Part shown: positions 1 through 26,789 of the stretch, in pieces
Numbering within the stretch: position 1 is the first letter of the stretch
How the letters are laid out: each line of letters starts with the position of its first letter
DNA from: the human T2T-CHM13v2.0 reference genome, Homo sapiens
Reading direction: 5' to 3' (one strand)
Length of the DNA stretch: 64,000 nucleotides
Assembly: GCF_009914755.1 (NCBI RefSeq)
Contig: NC_060942.1
Notes under the pieces: generated by a model
The model's input: the letters and a program-made list of their open reading frames with translations, nothing else
Database searches by the model: none
Told to the model about the DNA's origin: nothing
Position numbers and translations under genes: made by a program

Positions 1-343
1 TGGCAGCAGAGTTGGTAGAAGGAGAATAAACAGTCCCTAGCATTTAGTTACGAAGAAAAGGAGAACAAATATGGGAAGTTGGCCTAAGACTGGGAAAGGA
101 CTCTAAGGACTTAAAGGTAAGATACTCAGGCAACCATCTCCCCAACCAAAAAAATCAGTCCCACTATTTAAACTGCTCTTGAATGAGAGACATCTAAAGA
201 AGGAATCCAACTCACATAACCAAGAGGTAGAAGGAGTTTGGAATAATCCTAAATTGAAGAACATATAGAGTGGGTCAGAATAAGAAAAATAATCTGTGTG
301 AACAGTTAATTCTTGATTACTCACACTAATGAATATGAAGTAG

Positions 344-750
<407 letters not shown>

Positions 751-1991
751 TATTCCTTAAATATATTTTTATGAATTGACAAAGTGAAGTGCTCCTGTAA
801 TATGTTCAATATTTGGTGAAACTATATAATCATGGCATTAAAAATTATCTTAATCCACAAAAAATATGTACGAATAGGTAACTAAAATAATCTTGCTTTC
901 ATACAAGCATTTCTTTAATATGTATTGTTTTAGAATTAATAGAGTATCTGCACTACCAAATGTGCTGATATTTTAAGCCCCTGAGCTGTCATAAATTCTT
1001 AGAATACATTGAGAAGGCATAGACCAAGCCTGTCTGCTCATAACTGGGCTCAGAGCAAAACCCTTCAGGTAATATCTTTCAAAATATTTCTGTTCACAGT
1101 CCCTGTGGCATTTGATGAGTCAATTTGAGTTGTGGCTCCCACAGATTTCAAGACTGTAAAGAAAGAAGCATACATCTATATATTTATATAATCATTATTC
1201 AGGCAAGAACAAATCACCTTTCCCAATTCTCCGTAAAGGACTTTTATTTTTGATACTATGGAAGATTTCATTCAAAGTAGACTATAACAAAGCCTATTGG
1301 AGGCATTTTCATCTCCTCTTATAGTGCCAAATATAGAATTAATTATGAACTGAATCAATTATATTTTTGGGTTTAATGATATAGAAAAGTATTGCTTTTT
1401 AAAAAAATTAGTTCCTATGGAAAGCTTTCACTCTTTGTGAAAGATGCATAGGTTTGGAGTTCCCAATTCTTCTACCCATGGCATAATACTGGACAGGTCA
1501 TTTCTGTATCTCACTGGACTTCCTGAAAAACAGCTGCCATATCTAAAAAGCTATTACAAATAATGTTTTTTTATTTAGCATTTATTATGCACTAGCCTCT
1601 GTGCCTTACATTAGATCCCTTAATTAAACGATTACCTTCCATTAGATCCTTTAAGACTGTCTCAATTTTAACATATAAAGTGTGTAAAAATTAATGGGAT
1701 ATTGTAAATTACTAAACAAGGACAAGATTTGCAATGTAATAATATAATTAGGAAAAATGGACATTTTAGGACTATAATCCAAAGTACTTGATAGGGCAGT
1801 CTACCCTTGGGAAATCTGCTGACCTTAAATATCAAATGTTCTTTTTTCACATTTAGCATGTTCTGTGCCCTTGGGCATGATATGCGGTTATTCTGCACTT
1901 AGTAAAAGAATATTACTGTTCTTGAACTAGTTCACAATTTATAGAGAGGATTATAATATACTATCTGTTAACTAATTTCGCTACGAATGCG

Positions 1992-2393
1992 TGTAGTAGG
2001 CAGAATAATTTCATCACCTTAAAAATGACGACCTCCTAATCCAGAACCTGTGATTATGTTAGGTTCCATGGCAAAGTGGAATTAAGGTTTTAGATGGAAT
2101 TAAGATGGTTAATCAACTGACTTTGAGATACTGCGATTATCCAGGTGAGCCCAGTGAAATCATAAGTGTCCTTAAATGGGAATCTGTGAGGCTGAAGAGT
2201 CAGAATTAGAGAGAGGGTTTCTTGAGAGAAAGATTAAATCGGCCATTCCTGGCTTTGCTGACACCGTGACTTTCGCCCAGTGAGGCCTATTTCAGACATG
2301 TGACCTCCAAAACTATGATATTAATAAATATGTGTTGTTTTAAACCACTAAATTTGTCATAATTTGTTAGATGAGCAATAGGAAGCCAATACA
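1992..2393 (+). mobile_element. MLT1-type MaLR solo LTR
   Basis: TG..CA ends (tgtagtaggcagaataat ... ggaagccaataca) and a typical MLT1 3' end (aagccacta-like, ttgttgttttaa). Confidence 0.75.
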
Positions 2394-2688
2394 ATGTTGT
2401 TTTCCAATATAACATTTATGTTTGAATTAGACATTATGCAGTAAAAATTGATAAATTATTAAATATATTACAAAATATGGTGTCTTAAACTAACCTAACA
2501 GTTATATTTATTATATGTTTTCCTTAAAAGAAAAATAATATAATATTGTGGAGATTATACCCTATAGAGATAAAACTCATGCTAAAGCCAGTACAAAACA
2601 TAGAGGAAAATAAAATTGCACTGTTGGGTACAATTTTATTTATAAGTACACTATAATAAGTTCAATATGCACATTGCAAACCCAGGAA

Positions 2689-3030
2689 CAGTGGTTCTCA
2701 AACTCTATGGTCTCAGAAATACTTTGCATCTTTAAAAATTATCATGTGCCTCAAAGCCCTTTTGTTTAGCTGGGTAATATCTCTTAATATTTACCTAATT
2801 AAAAATTAAAACTTGGAAACTTTTAAACATAAGCAGAGACTCCATTAGCTGTCAGGGGAATGAGATCATCACACATCATGTATACTCTGGAAAAACTATT
2901 GTACACTCATAAGAGAAAATGAATTTTAAAAGACAAAAAACCTCTATTGTCATTACAAAAATATTTTTAACCCCTTGGACCTCTAAAAGGATACAGAGGA
3001 CCTCCAGGGACCCCAACATGATACTTCCTA
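2689..3030. mobile_element. Non-autonomous hAT-Charlie element
   Basis: Begins cagtggttctcaaac; Charlie1-like subterminal sequence at both ends. Confidence 0.7.
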
Positions 3031-3256
3031 GCATCAATAAACTTTAAAATAATCATATTTACAAACAAAACTGGTATAACTATTAAGTCAATAAGGAAGA
3101 CAAAACAATACTAAGAAGTATTCAAATAACTCAAGAAAGGATAGGAAAAAAACTTTTATGAAACAAATACAAAAAAAGTAAGATAATAGATTTCAAGCCA
3201 AGCTATTGATATACTAAAAATAAATAGTCAAAAGACTCCAGTTAAAAGGCAGACAT

Positions 3257-3984
<728 letters not shown>

Positions 3985-4501
3985 CTTCCTAAATGTTGAA
4001 GTTAGAACTTTGCCTCAGTAAATCCAATCCTCCATAAAACAACAGGAAAACGGGGAAAAAAAGGTCTTTATAAACTTTTGCGGAAATCCTAAATTAACCA
4101 AAGTCTTGCAAAGCCTAGTGTATATTTAAGAAAATGGCTGAATCTCAGTAAGAATGGTGAGCTTTGTAACTTTTTAACTTGCCCTATACTCATCCATCTC
4201 TGCCAAGCTCCATGGCATACTTGAAAACCAGCAGACTCACAACCATGGTACTTGTAAAAATCAGCGGTATACCAGTCACTGGAGGGGACAGAACAGTGTT
4301 GGAATTAATAACAAGAAAGCTGCATCCCCAGAGATCTGTCACTAGTTGACCTGTCAGGCAGGTCTCTGACAAAACTAGATTCGTAGGACATGTCTTTACT
4401 TGACCTAAGAATATACAGTGGCAATTGCTTAACATTGAAGCTGCCTGAGACAGAGATCCCATTTGGAGTAAACAAGAGACTGGTCCAAAAACTGAAAAAG
4501 A

Positions 4502-4810
4502 GGCCAGGTGTGGTGACTCACGCCTATAATCCTAGCACTTTGGGAGGACAAGGTGGGATGACTGCTTGAGCGCGGGAGTTCAAGACCAGCCTGGGCAACA
4601 GAGTGAGACCTTATCTCTACTAAAAATAAAAAATAAAATTAGCTGGGCATGGGGGCATGTGCCTGTAGTCCCAGCTACTCAGGAGCCTAAGGCTTCTTGA
4701 GCCCAGGTGATCAAAGCTGCAGTGAGCTGGGATTGCACCACTGCACTCCAGCCTGAGCAACAGAGCAAGACCTTGTCTCAAAAAAATAATAATAAGTTAA
4801 AAAAAAAACT
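4502..4810 (+). mobile_element. AluJ-like
   Basis: Alu dimer with an internal deletion; TSD aaaaactgaaaa. Confidence 0.88.
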
Positions 4811-5454
4811 GAAAAGGAAAATTAGGGAAATGAGATGTACACAGGAGACTTGCTTTGAAAAGTTCTGTCATATTCTTGGAGCTGTAAAAGGCCACATGCA
4901 TATGCAGAATTGTGCACATGCCCAGGTACAACCTGCAAAGGCCCTAATCTCTCACTTTTGTTTGACCCTGAGGATCTGAGAAAGCAGGAAGTTAAAATGA
5001 AAGCAGAGTTTTTAACTGATGGAGAATTGAAATTATGCCCCAACATATACATAAAGCCCTGGCAAAGGGAAAGAGATATATTGGTTCAAGGCATTTAAAA
5101 AGAAGTCTTAACCCACACATCACCTGATAACTAGCTAATGAAGTAGAAATTTCATATAGACTTTAGATAATTATCACAGCAAAGTCCTAATCGAAGAGCA
5201 ACAACAAACGATGGAAAGGGAAGACTATGAGTTGCCATATTAATGGTACCATGAAAATGTACGCTTGTCAACAAAAAAATTGTCAGGCAAAAAAAATCAG
5301 GAAAGTGTGGCTTGTAAACAAGGGGAAAAAGCAATCAATAGAAACTGCCCTTGAGGAAGCCCAGATATTAGACTTGCTATACAAAGGCTTTAAATCACCC
5401 ATAGTAAATATATTCAAAGAACTAAAAGAAATGATGTTTCAAGAATTAAAGAAA

Positions 5455-5996
5455 CTTTTCCCCTACTTCCTGGCTGCCTAAGGATCGACTGCCATCACAA
5501 ACAAAACAGTAACTATTTCAACGAGGAAGTTCATGACCTACCAACTACTTCAGAGGAAACAAATGGGCATCAGTGTCCTTCACCCTGGGAAGGCAACAGT
5601 ACCTAAGACAGAAATTTGGGGGAAACTAGCCAAAATGTACAATACCACACTGGATGTCATCTTTGAATTTGGATTCAGAACCTATTTTAGTGGTGGCAAG
5701 ACAACTGGCTTTGGCATGATTTTATAATTCTTTGGATTATGCAAAGAAAAATGAACGCAAATATAGACTTACAAGACATGGCCTGTATGAGAAGAAAAAG
5801 ACCTTAAGAAAACAGCAAAAGAAATGCAAGAACAGAATGAAGAAAGTCAGGTGGACTGCAAAGGCCAATGGTGCCAGCAAAAAGTGAGCTAGAGATTGGG
5901 TAACAGTAGGAGTATGGATTCTGCAATGACTAATGACTTCATCTGTGCTGACTGCATAGATTTTTCACAAAAGGATTAATAAACTGAAAAAAACTT
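5455..5996 (+). pseudogene. Processed pseudogene of ribosomal protein S24 (RPS24)
   Basis: Intronless homology ([37 protein letters not shown]..). Starts with a 5'TOP-like CTTTTCCCT, the start codon is lost (ACA), a frameshift lies near 5720, AATAAA is at 5978-5983, and the 14-bp TSD aagaattaaagaaa is at 5441-5454 and 5997-6010. Confidence 0.95.
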
Positions 5997-6235
5997 AAGA
6001 ATTAAAGAAAAACATGAAAACAATGTTTCTCACCCCCAAAAATATTAAGATAAATATTATTAAAAACCACAAAAAACAAAAAAATCATTGAAATGCACAA
6101 AATCTAAAATAAAAAATTCATGAGAAAGGTTCAAAAGCAGATTAGAACTAGAAGAAAAAACATCAGTAAACTGCAGATATGTCAAATGAGATTATATAGT
6201 GTGAGAAACAGAAAAAATAATTAGGAAAAAGTTAA

Positions 6236-9400
<3,165 letters not shown>

Positions 9401-9689
9401 TAACCGTATTTAGAACCTTAGAGACCTGCAGGACACCATCAAGCCCACCAGCATACACATTATGGGAGTTCCAGAAGAAAAAAGAAGAGAAAAAGAAAGA
9501 TTATTTGAACAAATAATTCCCATAATTTCTAAATTTGATTTTTAAAAATTAAACTGTGTATTCAAGAAGCGCAACAAATTCCAAGTAAAATAAACCCAAA
9601 AGAGATCCATGCCTAAACATGGTCAAACTGTTGAAAGACAAAGAAATAGCCTTGAAAGCAAGAAAAGAGCTCATTACATACACAAATAT

Positions 9690-9987
9690 ATATATATATT
9701 TTTTGAGATGGAGTCTCACTCTGTCATCCAGGCTGGAGTGCAGTGGTGCAATCTCGGCTCACTGCAAGCTCTGCTTCCTGGGTTCACGCCATTCTCCTGC
9801 CTCAGCCTCAAGTAGCTGGGACTACAGGCGCCCACCAGCATGCTCGGCTAATTTCCTTTTGTATTTTTAGTAAAGACGGGGTTTCACCGTGTTAGCCAGG
9901 ATGGTCTTGATCTCCTGACCTCGTGATCCACCCGCTTGGGCCTCCCAAAGTGCTGGGATTACAGGCATGAGCCACCGTGCCCGGCCA
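9690..9987 (-). mobile_element. AluY-like
   Basis: Diagnostic gggttcacgccattctc and ccgtgttagccaggatgg. Confidence 0.9.
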
Positions 9988-10235
9988 GGATTCTTAATAA
10001 GATTAACAACTGACTTCTCATCAGAAATCTCAGGGGACAGAACAAAACTGCCAACAGCTCTCCAATATTTGGGTTAATGCTGAAAGATCACCCAGGACAG
10101 TTATTCCAAAACTTTAGGTTTCAAAATGTCTGCTATTCCATGTTTATAGGAGCATGCAGTTGTAGGCAGACATGTAGCTAAGGGACATTTTAAGGACCTA
10201 GGATGCTTCTTCTAGCACTAGCATAAGAGGGAATC

Positions 10236-10303
10236 ATATATATATATATATAGTGTATATATATAATATATATTATGTATATACATGACATTATGTGTGT
10301 GTG

Positions 10304-10333
<30 letters not shown>
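10236..10333. repeat. (TA)n and (CA)n microsatellites
   Basis: Directly visible. Confidence 0.9.
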
Positions 10334-10336
<3 letters not shown>

Positions 10337-10344
10337 TGTTCTTG

Positions 10345-10791
10345 TGAGGCAGGAGAATAGGGTCTAGAGACAGGAAGCCTTTACTTCAGCCTCCAATTGG
10401 TCGCAGGCCAAGTCTTCACCTGCAGAGGGCGTAACTTCACTTCAGTCTCTGACTGGTCCAGGGCCAAGCCTTCACATCAGCCTCAGATTGGTTGAGGGCC
10501 AAGTTTTCATTTGCGTAAGGTATAACTTCACTTCAGAGTCCGACTGGTCATGGGCCAAGTCTTCATTACTTAGTAAAAAATAGCAAATCTCTAACGGGTA
10601 CTTAAACCCCAGAAGATTTGCAACTGGGGCTCTTGGCTTGTTCAAGCCTGCTCCCACCCTATGGAGTGTACTTTCACTTCAATAAATCTATGCTTTCGTC
10701 TCCCATTGCTCTGTTTGGTATTTTGTCCAATTCTTTGTCCAACACACCAAGAACCTGGATGACTCATAGTCAAGACCCTCCACTGGTAACA
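10345..10791 (+). mobile_element. MER51-like ERV1 solo LTR
   Basis: tgaggcaggagaatagggtct ... ccactggtaaca, with AATAAA at ~10681; same family as 3579-3984. Confidence 0.8.
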
Positions 10792-13129
10792 CTTACATTT
10801 ACTAAACACATTTCTCTTGCCTCAATTAAGGGCTAGAGTCTGCTGCCAGGGTCCTTTTAGAGTATTTTCCACAATGATGATGATATTAGTAGGGATGATG
10901 TCATCATTATAGTCAGGGCTAATATTACTAACACTTAAGGACAGGACCACACTTCACTAAATCCCTCCCAGTGATTGCAGTAGAGTCCTCAGGGAAGATC
11001 AGGAAATGATGTTATAAACTCTCATACATTATATAGACAAGTACAGGTTCTCAATATCTTCCCCCATCTCCCCATGTGAGGGGAGTAAAGAAAATTTAAG
11101 CAAGGCCCCTCCTCCAAATGATACAACCCACCCCCTATGACTCCCTACCCAGCCAGATGTCCCCAGACAGATTAGGAGCAAAAAAAATCCCTTTTATAAA
11201 CTGAGAAACAGTGACAGTAGGAGCAGAAGCAAATTCCTCATTCTTTACCGTCAACTAAAAGATGGCAGAAGAAAAATTGCCATAAAATGTGAAGCCTCTT
11301 TCTAGAGCTTTTAAATTCCTTTTTTATTTAAAACAACTTATGTTTTTAAGGTAAACATCAAACAAACTGCATGTTTTAAATGCTGTTGTAATGGTTTTTA
11401 ATATCCTTTATTGTCCTTACTGGTTGCTATTTTGTAAAATAAGGAACAACTTTGACAAGTTTTGTAGGAGTTTTAAAACACATTTTAAAATCTTGAACTT
11501 CTTTTTTTTTTTTTAATAAAATAGAGATGAGGCCTCACTATGTTGTCCAAACTGCTCTTGAACTCCTGGCCTCAAGTGATTCTACCACCTCAGACTTGCA
11601 AAGTGCTGGAATTACAGGTATGAGCCACTGCACCCAGCCTTGGACTTCTATTTTCATCTTTAAGATTTCCATAAACCTTTTTTTAAAAAAGCTAGAGGCA
11701 GGTAACAAGTATGGGGAAAAAACTGTGCCTTATATCAACAATTTTGCTAATGTTAGGCTGAAAGATGGTGGATGCCTAGAGTTTAAATTATGTTTCATCA
11801 AAATCAATATTTCTCAAAAAAAAGAGAAAATGTTAACAAAGAATTTGATACGCAGCAAAACTATCCTTCAAAAAAAGGGAGAAATTAAGATATTTCCATA
11901 TAAACAAAAACTGTGAGGATTTATCACTAGCAGACCTGTCATGAAAGAAATACTAAAGGGAACCCTTCATGCTAAACTAAAATGATACTAGAAAGTAACT
12001 TGAATCTATACAAAGAAATAAAGAGTACTGGCAAAGATAACTACATAGATAAATATAAGAGGCAGTATAAATATATTTTTGTTTGTAACTCTCTCCTCTT
12101 CTCATATTAAAAGACAACTACATGAAGCAACAATTATAAAGCTATGCTGATGGGCTGATAAAGTATAATGATGTAATGTGTATGATAAAAAGAGTACAAA
12201 GAAGTGGAGAAAGACAAGCTACACTGGAGCACACATAGGTGTGCTTTGAAACTTAGTTGGTAGTAAGCCAAACTAGATTCTTATAAATTAAGAGGTTATT
12301 TGTTATTCCCAAGGAAACCATAAAGAAAATGACTTTTTAAAATATATTAAAGAAACAACAGAGGGTTAAATGGCACAGTAGAAAATTTCTCTCTCAGTTC
12401 AGGTTACTATAACAGAATACCATAGACTATATAGTTTAAACACTAGAAATTTATTTCTCACAATCTGAAGGCTGGAAGTTTTGAGATCCAGCATGATGGA
12501 ATTCTGGAGAGAGCCCTCTTCCTGGTTCACAGATGGCCATCTTTTTGCTGTGTTCTCACGTGTCAGATAGTAGAGATAGAGTGCAAGCTTTATTTTGTAA
12601 AAATCAACAAACTTATTATGAGTTATTTGGCAGCTGTTAAGGGACCTAAAATCACCTGAACAACTTCAGAAAATAAAAACAAAGATGAATACCACTCTAT
12701 TTCAAGTACAAAACAGACCAATGAACTTTAATGTAACAGAATACACACACAAAAAAATCACTGATAAGGTTTCAGATTACATACCAGAATACACCTTTTA
12801 AAAAGCCACCACTTGTACATAATTCCATTGAGAAAGAACAGTCTTGTCAAGAAATGGTCCTGGGCAACTGAATACCCATGTACACAAGAATGAAGGTGAC
12901 TTTTACCTAATACCATATGTAAATATAAACAAAGACCTATATTTAAGAGCTAAAATTGGCCAGGTATGGTGGCTCACACCTGTAATTCCATCAGGCTCCC
13001 ACATTGGGAGGCCGATGTGGGCAGATGGCTTGAGCCCAGGAGTTCAAGACTAGACTTCAACAATCCAAACTTCAGCTTTCTTATCATTCTCTATTGTACA
13101 CTTTTTATTTCATTTTATCTACCCTTATC

Positions 13130-19550
<6,421 letters not shown>

Positions 19551-19845
19551 GTATCTTATTGTTTAATATAACATCTTCAAATTGATACTGAGGTAATTGA
19601 TTTTTAGTTTTTCTTCTTTTCTAATGTGTGCACTTAATGCAATCATCTTCTTCCTGATCATTGCTTTGGCTGCATCACACAAGTTTTAATACATTATATT
19701 TTTGTTATGATCCAGTTCAAAATATTTTCTAATTTCCATTGTGAATTCTTCTTTGACCCTTGGTTATTTCAAAATACATTACAAATTTTTCAAATACACT
19801 TTGAAAATGTTGTGGGCTGGGCATGGTGACTCATGCCTATAATCA

Positions 19846-20058
<213 letters not shown>

Positions 20059-20650
20059 TTACGAAACAATTTCTAGTTATGGTGCTGGTAACTGATTCCT
20101 GGCTTAACTGCACTAGGGGAAGGGATGCAAAAATTCTATATGCATTTAATGCTTTACAATTTGCAAAACTTGCCTCATGGTCTACCATATATCCAATTTT
20201 TGTAAATGTTCCACATTTGTTCAAAATGTATTTTTAGTCCACAGTTGTTTGGGGTATGTGTGTGAGACAGAGAGATAGACAGAAGTGAAAGAGATGCCAA
20301 GTTTATTAGTTGGGTTGTTTAAATATTCTATATGGTTTTAATTTTTTGTCTGCTTATTTTATCAATTACCAAAAAAAACCACTTTGTTAAAATCTCCTAC
20401 AACAAGGATTGGAACTAGGTACAAATTAGGAATTGTTAGGTATCCCAGTAAACTAAACCTTTTATCATTACAAAATGTCCTTCAGTTTCTCTTGCTATGC
20501 ATCTTGATCCAACGTCTACTTTGTTATACTAGCTTTCTTTGTTTAGTGTTTGCATGATGTATCTTTTTCATCATTTTACTTTCAAAGTTTCTTTACTCTT
20601 TAATGTTGTTTTGTTTTGTTTGAGACGGAGTCTTGCTCTGTCACCTAGGC

Positions 20651-21441
20651 TTGTGGAGCTGCCCAAGGCCTTGGGAGCCCACCCCTTGTATCAGCATGCC
20701 TTGCATGTCAGACATGGAGTCAAAGGAGATTATTTCAGAGCTTTAAGATTTAATGACTGCCCTGCTGGGTTTCAGACTTCCATGGAGACTGTAGCCCCTT
20801 TATATTGGCCAATTCTCCCATTTGAAATGGGAGCATTTACCCAATGCCTGTACTCCCATTGTATCTTGGAAGTAACTAAATTGTTTTTGATTTTACAGGC
20901 TCATAAGTGGAAGGGACTTGCCTTGTCTCATATGAGACTTTGGACTTGGACTTTTGAATTCATGCTGGAATGAGTTAAGACATTGAGGAACTGTTGGGAA
21001 GGCATGATTGTGTTCTGAAACATGAGAAGGACATGAGGTTTAAGGGGGGCTGGGGTGGAATGATATGGTTTGGCTCTGTATCCCCAACTAAATCTCATAT
21101 TGATTTGTAATTCCCACTTTTGGAGGAAGGACTTGGTCAGAGGTGACTGGATCATGGGGGCGGATTTCCCCCTTGCTGTTCTTGTGATAGTGAGTGAGTT
21201 CTCATGAGATCTCATGGTTTAAAAATGTGTGGCATCCCCCCCTTCTCTCTCTCTCTCTCCTGTCACATGAATACGTGTGTGCTTCCCCCTTTGCCTTCTG
21301 TCGTGACTGTAAGTTTCCCAAGGCCTCACCCAGTCTTGCCTCCTCTATAGCCTGAAAAACTGTGAGTCAATTAAACCTCTTTTCATTATAAACTACCCAG
21401 TCAAGGTAGCTCTTTATAGCAATGTGAAAATGGACTAATAC
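20651..21441 (+). mobile_element. MaLR internal fragment plus MST/THE1-type 3' LTR (LTR 21061-21441)
   Basis: Polypurine tract ggggctggggtggaa followed by tgatatggtttggct ... ggactaataca. Confidence 0.85.
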
Positions 21442-22950
<1,509 letters not shown>

Positions 22951-23103
22951 TCCATTATAGAGAATATAAATATTAATGTAGCATCTTTAAATCCACTATA
23001 ATACTATTGGCTATTATCCAAGTCTCTTATTGTTCCTTTATCTTTCTTCTCATGTGTTCTTTAGATTATTTTATTATTTATGATTATACATTCCTATACG
23101 ATT

Positions 23104-23712
<609 letters not shown>

Positions 23713-25118
23713 AACGTTCTTATATGATTCTCTTAGTGGTTTTCCCAGAGATTACAACATGCCTTCTGGACCACTTGAGTTGAATATAAATTAGAAGTTT
23801 TACTACTTACTGCAATAATGAAAGGAGGTTAGAATATTTTAACTCCATTTGCCCCCTTACCAAATTTACATATTATTTTGTCACAAATGTTAATACTCTT
23901 ATAAACCCATGAGTTTATTTAATGTTTATTTGAATTTGTGCATGTACATTATCCTTAATGCTCTTCATTTCTTCTTGCATCTCCAAACTTCCATCTTTGA
24001 TCATTTTTTTCTGTCTAAAGAAGATTCTTTTGTGTTTCCTTTACTGAGTGTCTGTCGGTGACTGGTTTCTGCTTTTGAAAAATACCTTAATTTTGCCTTG
24101 TAATTTGGAACATTATTAAATACAGAATATCATGTTTGCATTTATTTCATTTTAGCAAGTTGAAGATAGAATTCCATTGTAACCACCTGGATATCATCTG
24201 ACAGCCCTATTGTGGCTCCTTTTTTGGAAATATGTCTATTTTTTTCCTTTGGATAGTGTTAAGATTTTCTCATTGTCTTTGGTTTACAGCAGATTTATTG
24301 TGGTTTTTCTAAGTGTGAATTTTATTCTGCTTGGTGGTAACAGTTTTTCCTGAATCTGTTGCTTTATTCTTTTGTCAGTTTTGAAAAAATTCTAAACCAA
24401 GTATCTTTTAATGTTGTTTCTACTCTATTTTAAAATCTCTATTCTTCTGGTACCCCAACTATACATACATTAGATTTTTCAACATATCCAATATGGTTTT
24501 TTTTTCAGTGTTATCATTTTATCTCTGGCCGCTTTGATAAAGTTTTTTTTTTAACTATCATCTAGCTCTTCACTTCTCTCTTCAACTAGGTTGACCCATT
24601 TTAAAATCCATTCATTGAGCTCTCAATTTCCATTAATGTAGTTTTCACTTCTACAATTTCCAATGGACTGTTTATTGACACTTTTAGTCCCTGCTGAAAA
24701 TCTCTATCTTGTCTTTAATCCCTTGAATATAATTATCTTAATTGTTTTACAAATATATACCTGATAAATTCATTATCTGAACTTTATATTCATCTCTTTC
24801 TATCGTCTATTGTTTCTCTTGTTGTTTGGTGATAACACGTCTTTTGTGTGCATGGCTATTTTTGATGGAGCAGAACATATTGCATATGAAAAATTGCAAC
24901 AATTATTTGAGACTCTGCATGATATTATTTTCCTGTACAGAGGATTTACTTTTGCTTCTGGAAGGCAGTTAGTCATCCAGGGACACTAGCAATGCTTTAT
25001 CCTAGTGCTTTAAAGCTTTTGGTCTCAAGAACACTTTGCCTCTTTAAAATTATTGAAGACCTCAAGTAGCTTTTTTTTTCCCTCATGGGTTCTATCATAT
25101 TACCAAAATAGAAATTAA

Positions 25119-25376
<258 letters not shown>

Positions 25377-25890
25377 TGAATGTCTGCCTCAGCCTCCCAA
25401 AGTGCTGAGATTACAGGCGTGAGCCACCACGCACAGCCTGATATCTTACTTATTAATTAATGAAAAAATAAACTCATTATATATTGGCATATTTAATATA
25501 TTTCTATTAAAAAATCTATATTTTCCAAATCAAAAAAATAGTGAAAAGAGTGACATTGCAAATCTCTTCAATGTCTAGCTTAATAGAATACAGCTGAATT
25601 CTCATATCTGCTTCTATATTCAAATGGCTAAAATGTTACTTTAGTTGAAATATGGGGAAAAAATCTAGCCTCACAAAGATATATATTAGGAAAGAGAGGA
25701 GTATTATTTAAATAGCCTTTTTAGATAACTTCAGATCAATCATTCAATGATTTCAAATCACTGGATATTCCTTGATACTAGACCAACACTCAAAAAGTGG
25801 TAGTTTCTTTAAGTTAAAATGTATAACCTAGTTTCAGTGGGGTCAAGATAGTCAATTAGAAGCAGCTACCGTGCTTGGCACTCATGGAGA

Positions 25891-26257
25891 GTACCAGGGT
25901 CAGAGAAAGCAGAAAGAAACATGAAAATGGCTCAACAGACAAAGACAGATTTCTTTTGGAGAATAAACCTGAGAGGGGCTTCCGGCTGATTTAGGTCAGG
26001 AGCATCTCTCTTACAGACTAAGTGTATTTAAGGGTTTAAGGAGGAAGAGCTTATCGCAGGCTTGGAATGTTTCTGGGTGGAAGGGAATTTATCTCGGGGT
26101 TGGAATGTTTTTGGTCGGAGATGTCTCTGTGGTTTATGGTCATGCTGACATTAGCCATTAGGCTGATGTGTTTGGGGCCGGATTTAGGCAGTTTTTTAAT
26201 CAAAGGGAACTTAAAATGGTGCTGTTTGTCCAAGATGGCAGTGCTCCTGCTGTGTCA
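25891..26257 (-). mobile_element. ERVL-class solo LTR (LTR47/MER72-like) inside the L1 5'UTR
   Basis: Reverse complement starts tgacacagcaggagcactgccatcttggacaaaca; ~5-bp TSD gagag/gagaa. Confidence 0.6.
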
Positions 26258-26789
26258 GAGAAGAATGAAAGGGGTGAGTAAATACAGCACCTTCAACTGA
26301 AACATCCAGGTACTCACATTGGGACTGATCAGGGAAACAACTCGACCCACAGAGAACAGAGAAAAGCAGGGCAAGGTGACAGCCTACCCAGGAGCTACAC
26401 AGAGCCAAGTGAACCCCTGGCCTCAGCCAAGGGAAGCGGTGAGTGAATGTGTGACCCAGGAAACCACACTTCTTTCATGGATCTTTGCAACCCTTGGATG
26501 AGGAGACCCCCTCATAAACCCACTCCACTAGGGCCTGGGGGTCCAACACACAAAGCTGTCTAGAGCCTCAGCAAAGCAACTGCTCAGGCACTCACAAAGA
26601 CCCAGGAGCTTTACATATTCCAGCCCTGGGATCTCCAGCAAAAATGACTGCAACTCAGGCAAGGTAGGAGGTCGGTATATACCCCTAGGAAGAGGGCTGA
26701 ATCCAGGGGCCCTCACTTCCACAGCACTTCATATGACTGACTGGCTTGGAATTCCAGCCAGCCACTGGCAACAGGGTAGCCCCTGCCTG

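Noticed and set aside
5533-5727. 64-aa RPS24-like ORF as a functional retrogene
   Set aside because: The true start codon is lost and a frameshift truncates it; many substitutions.
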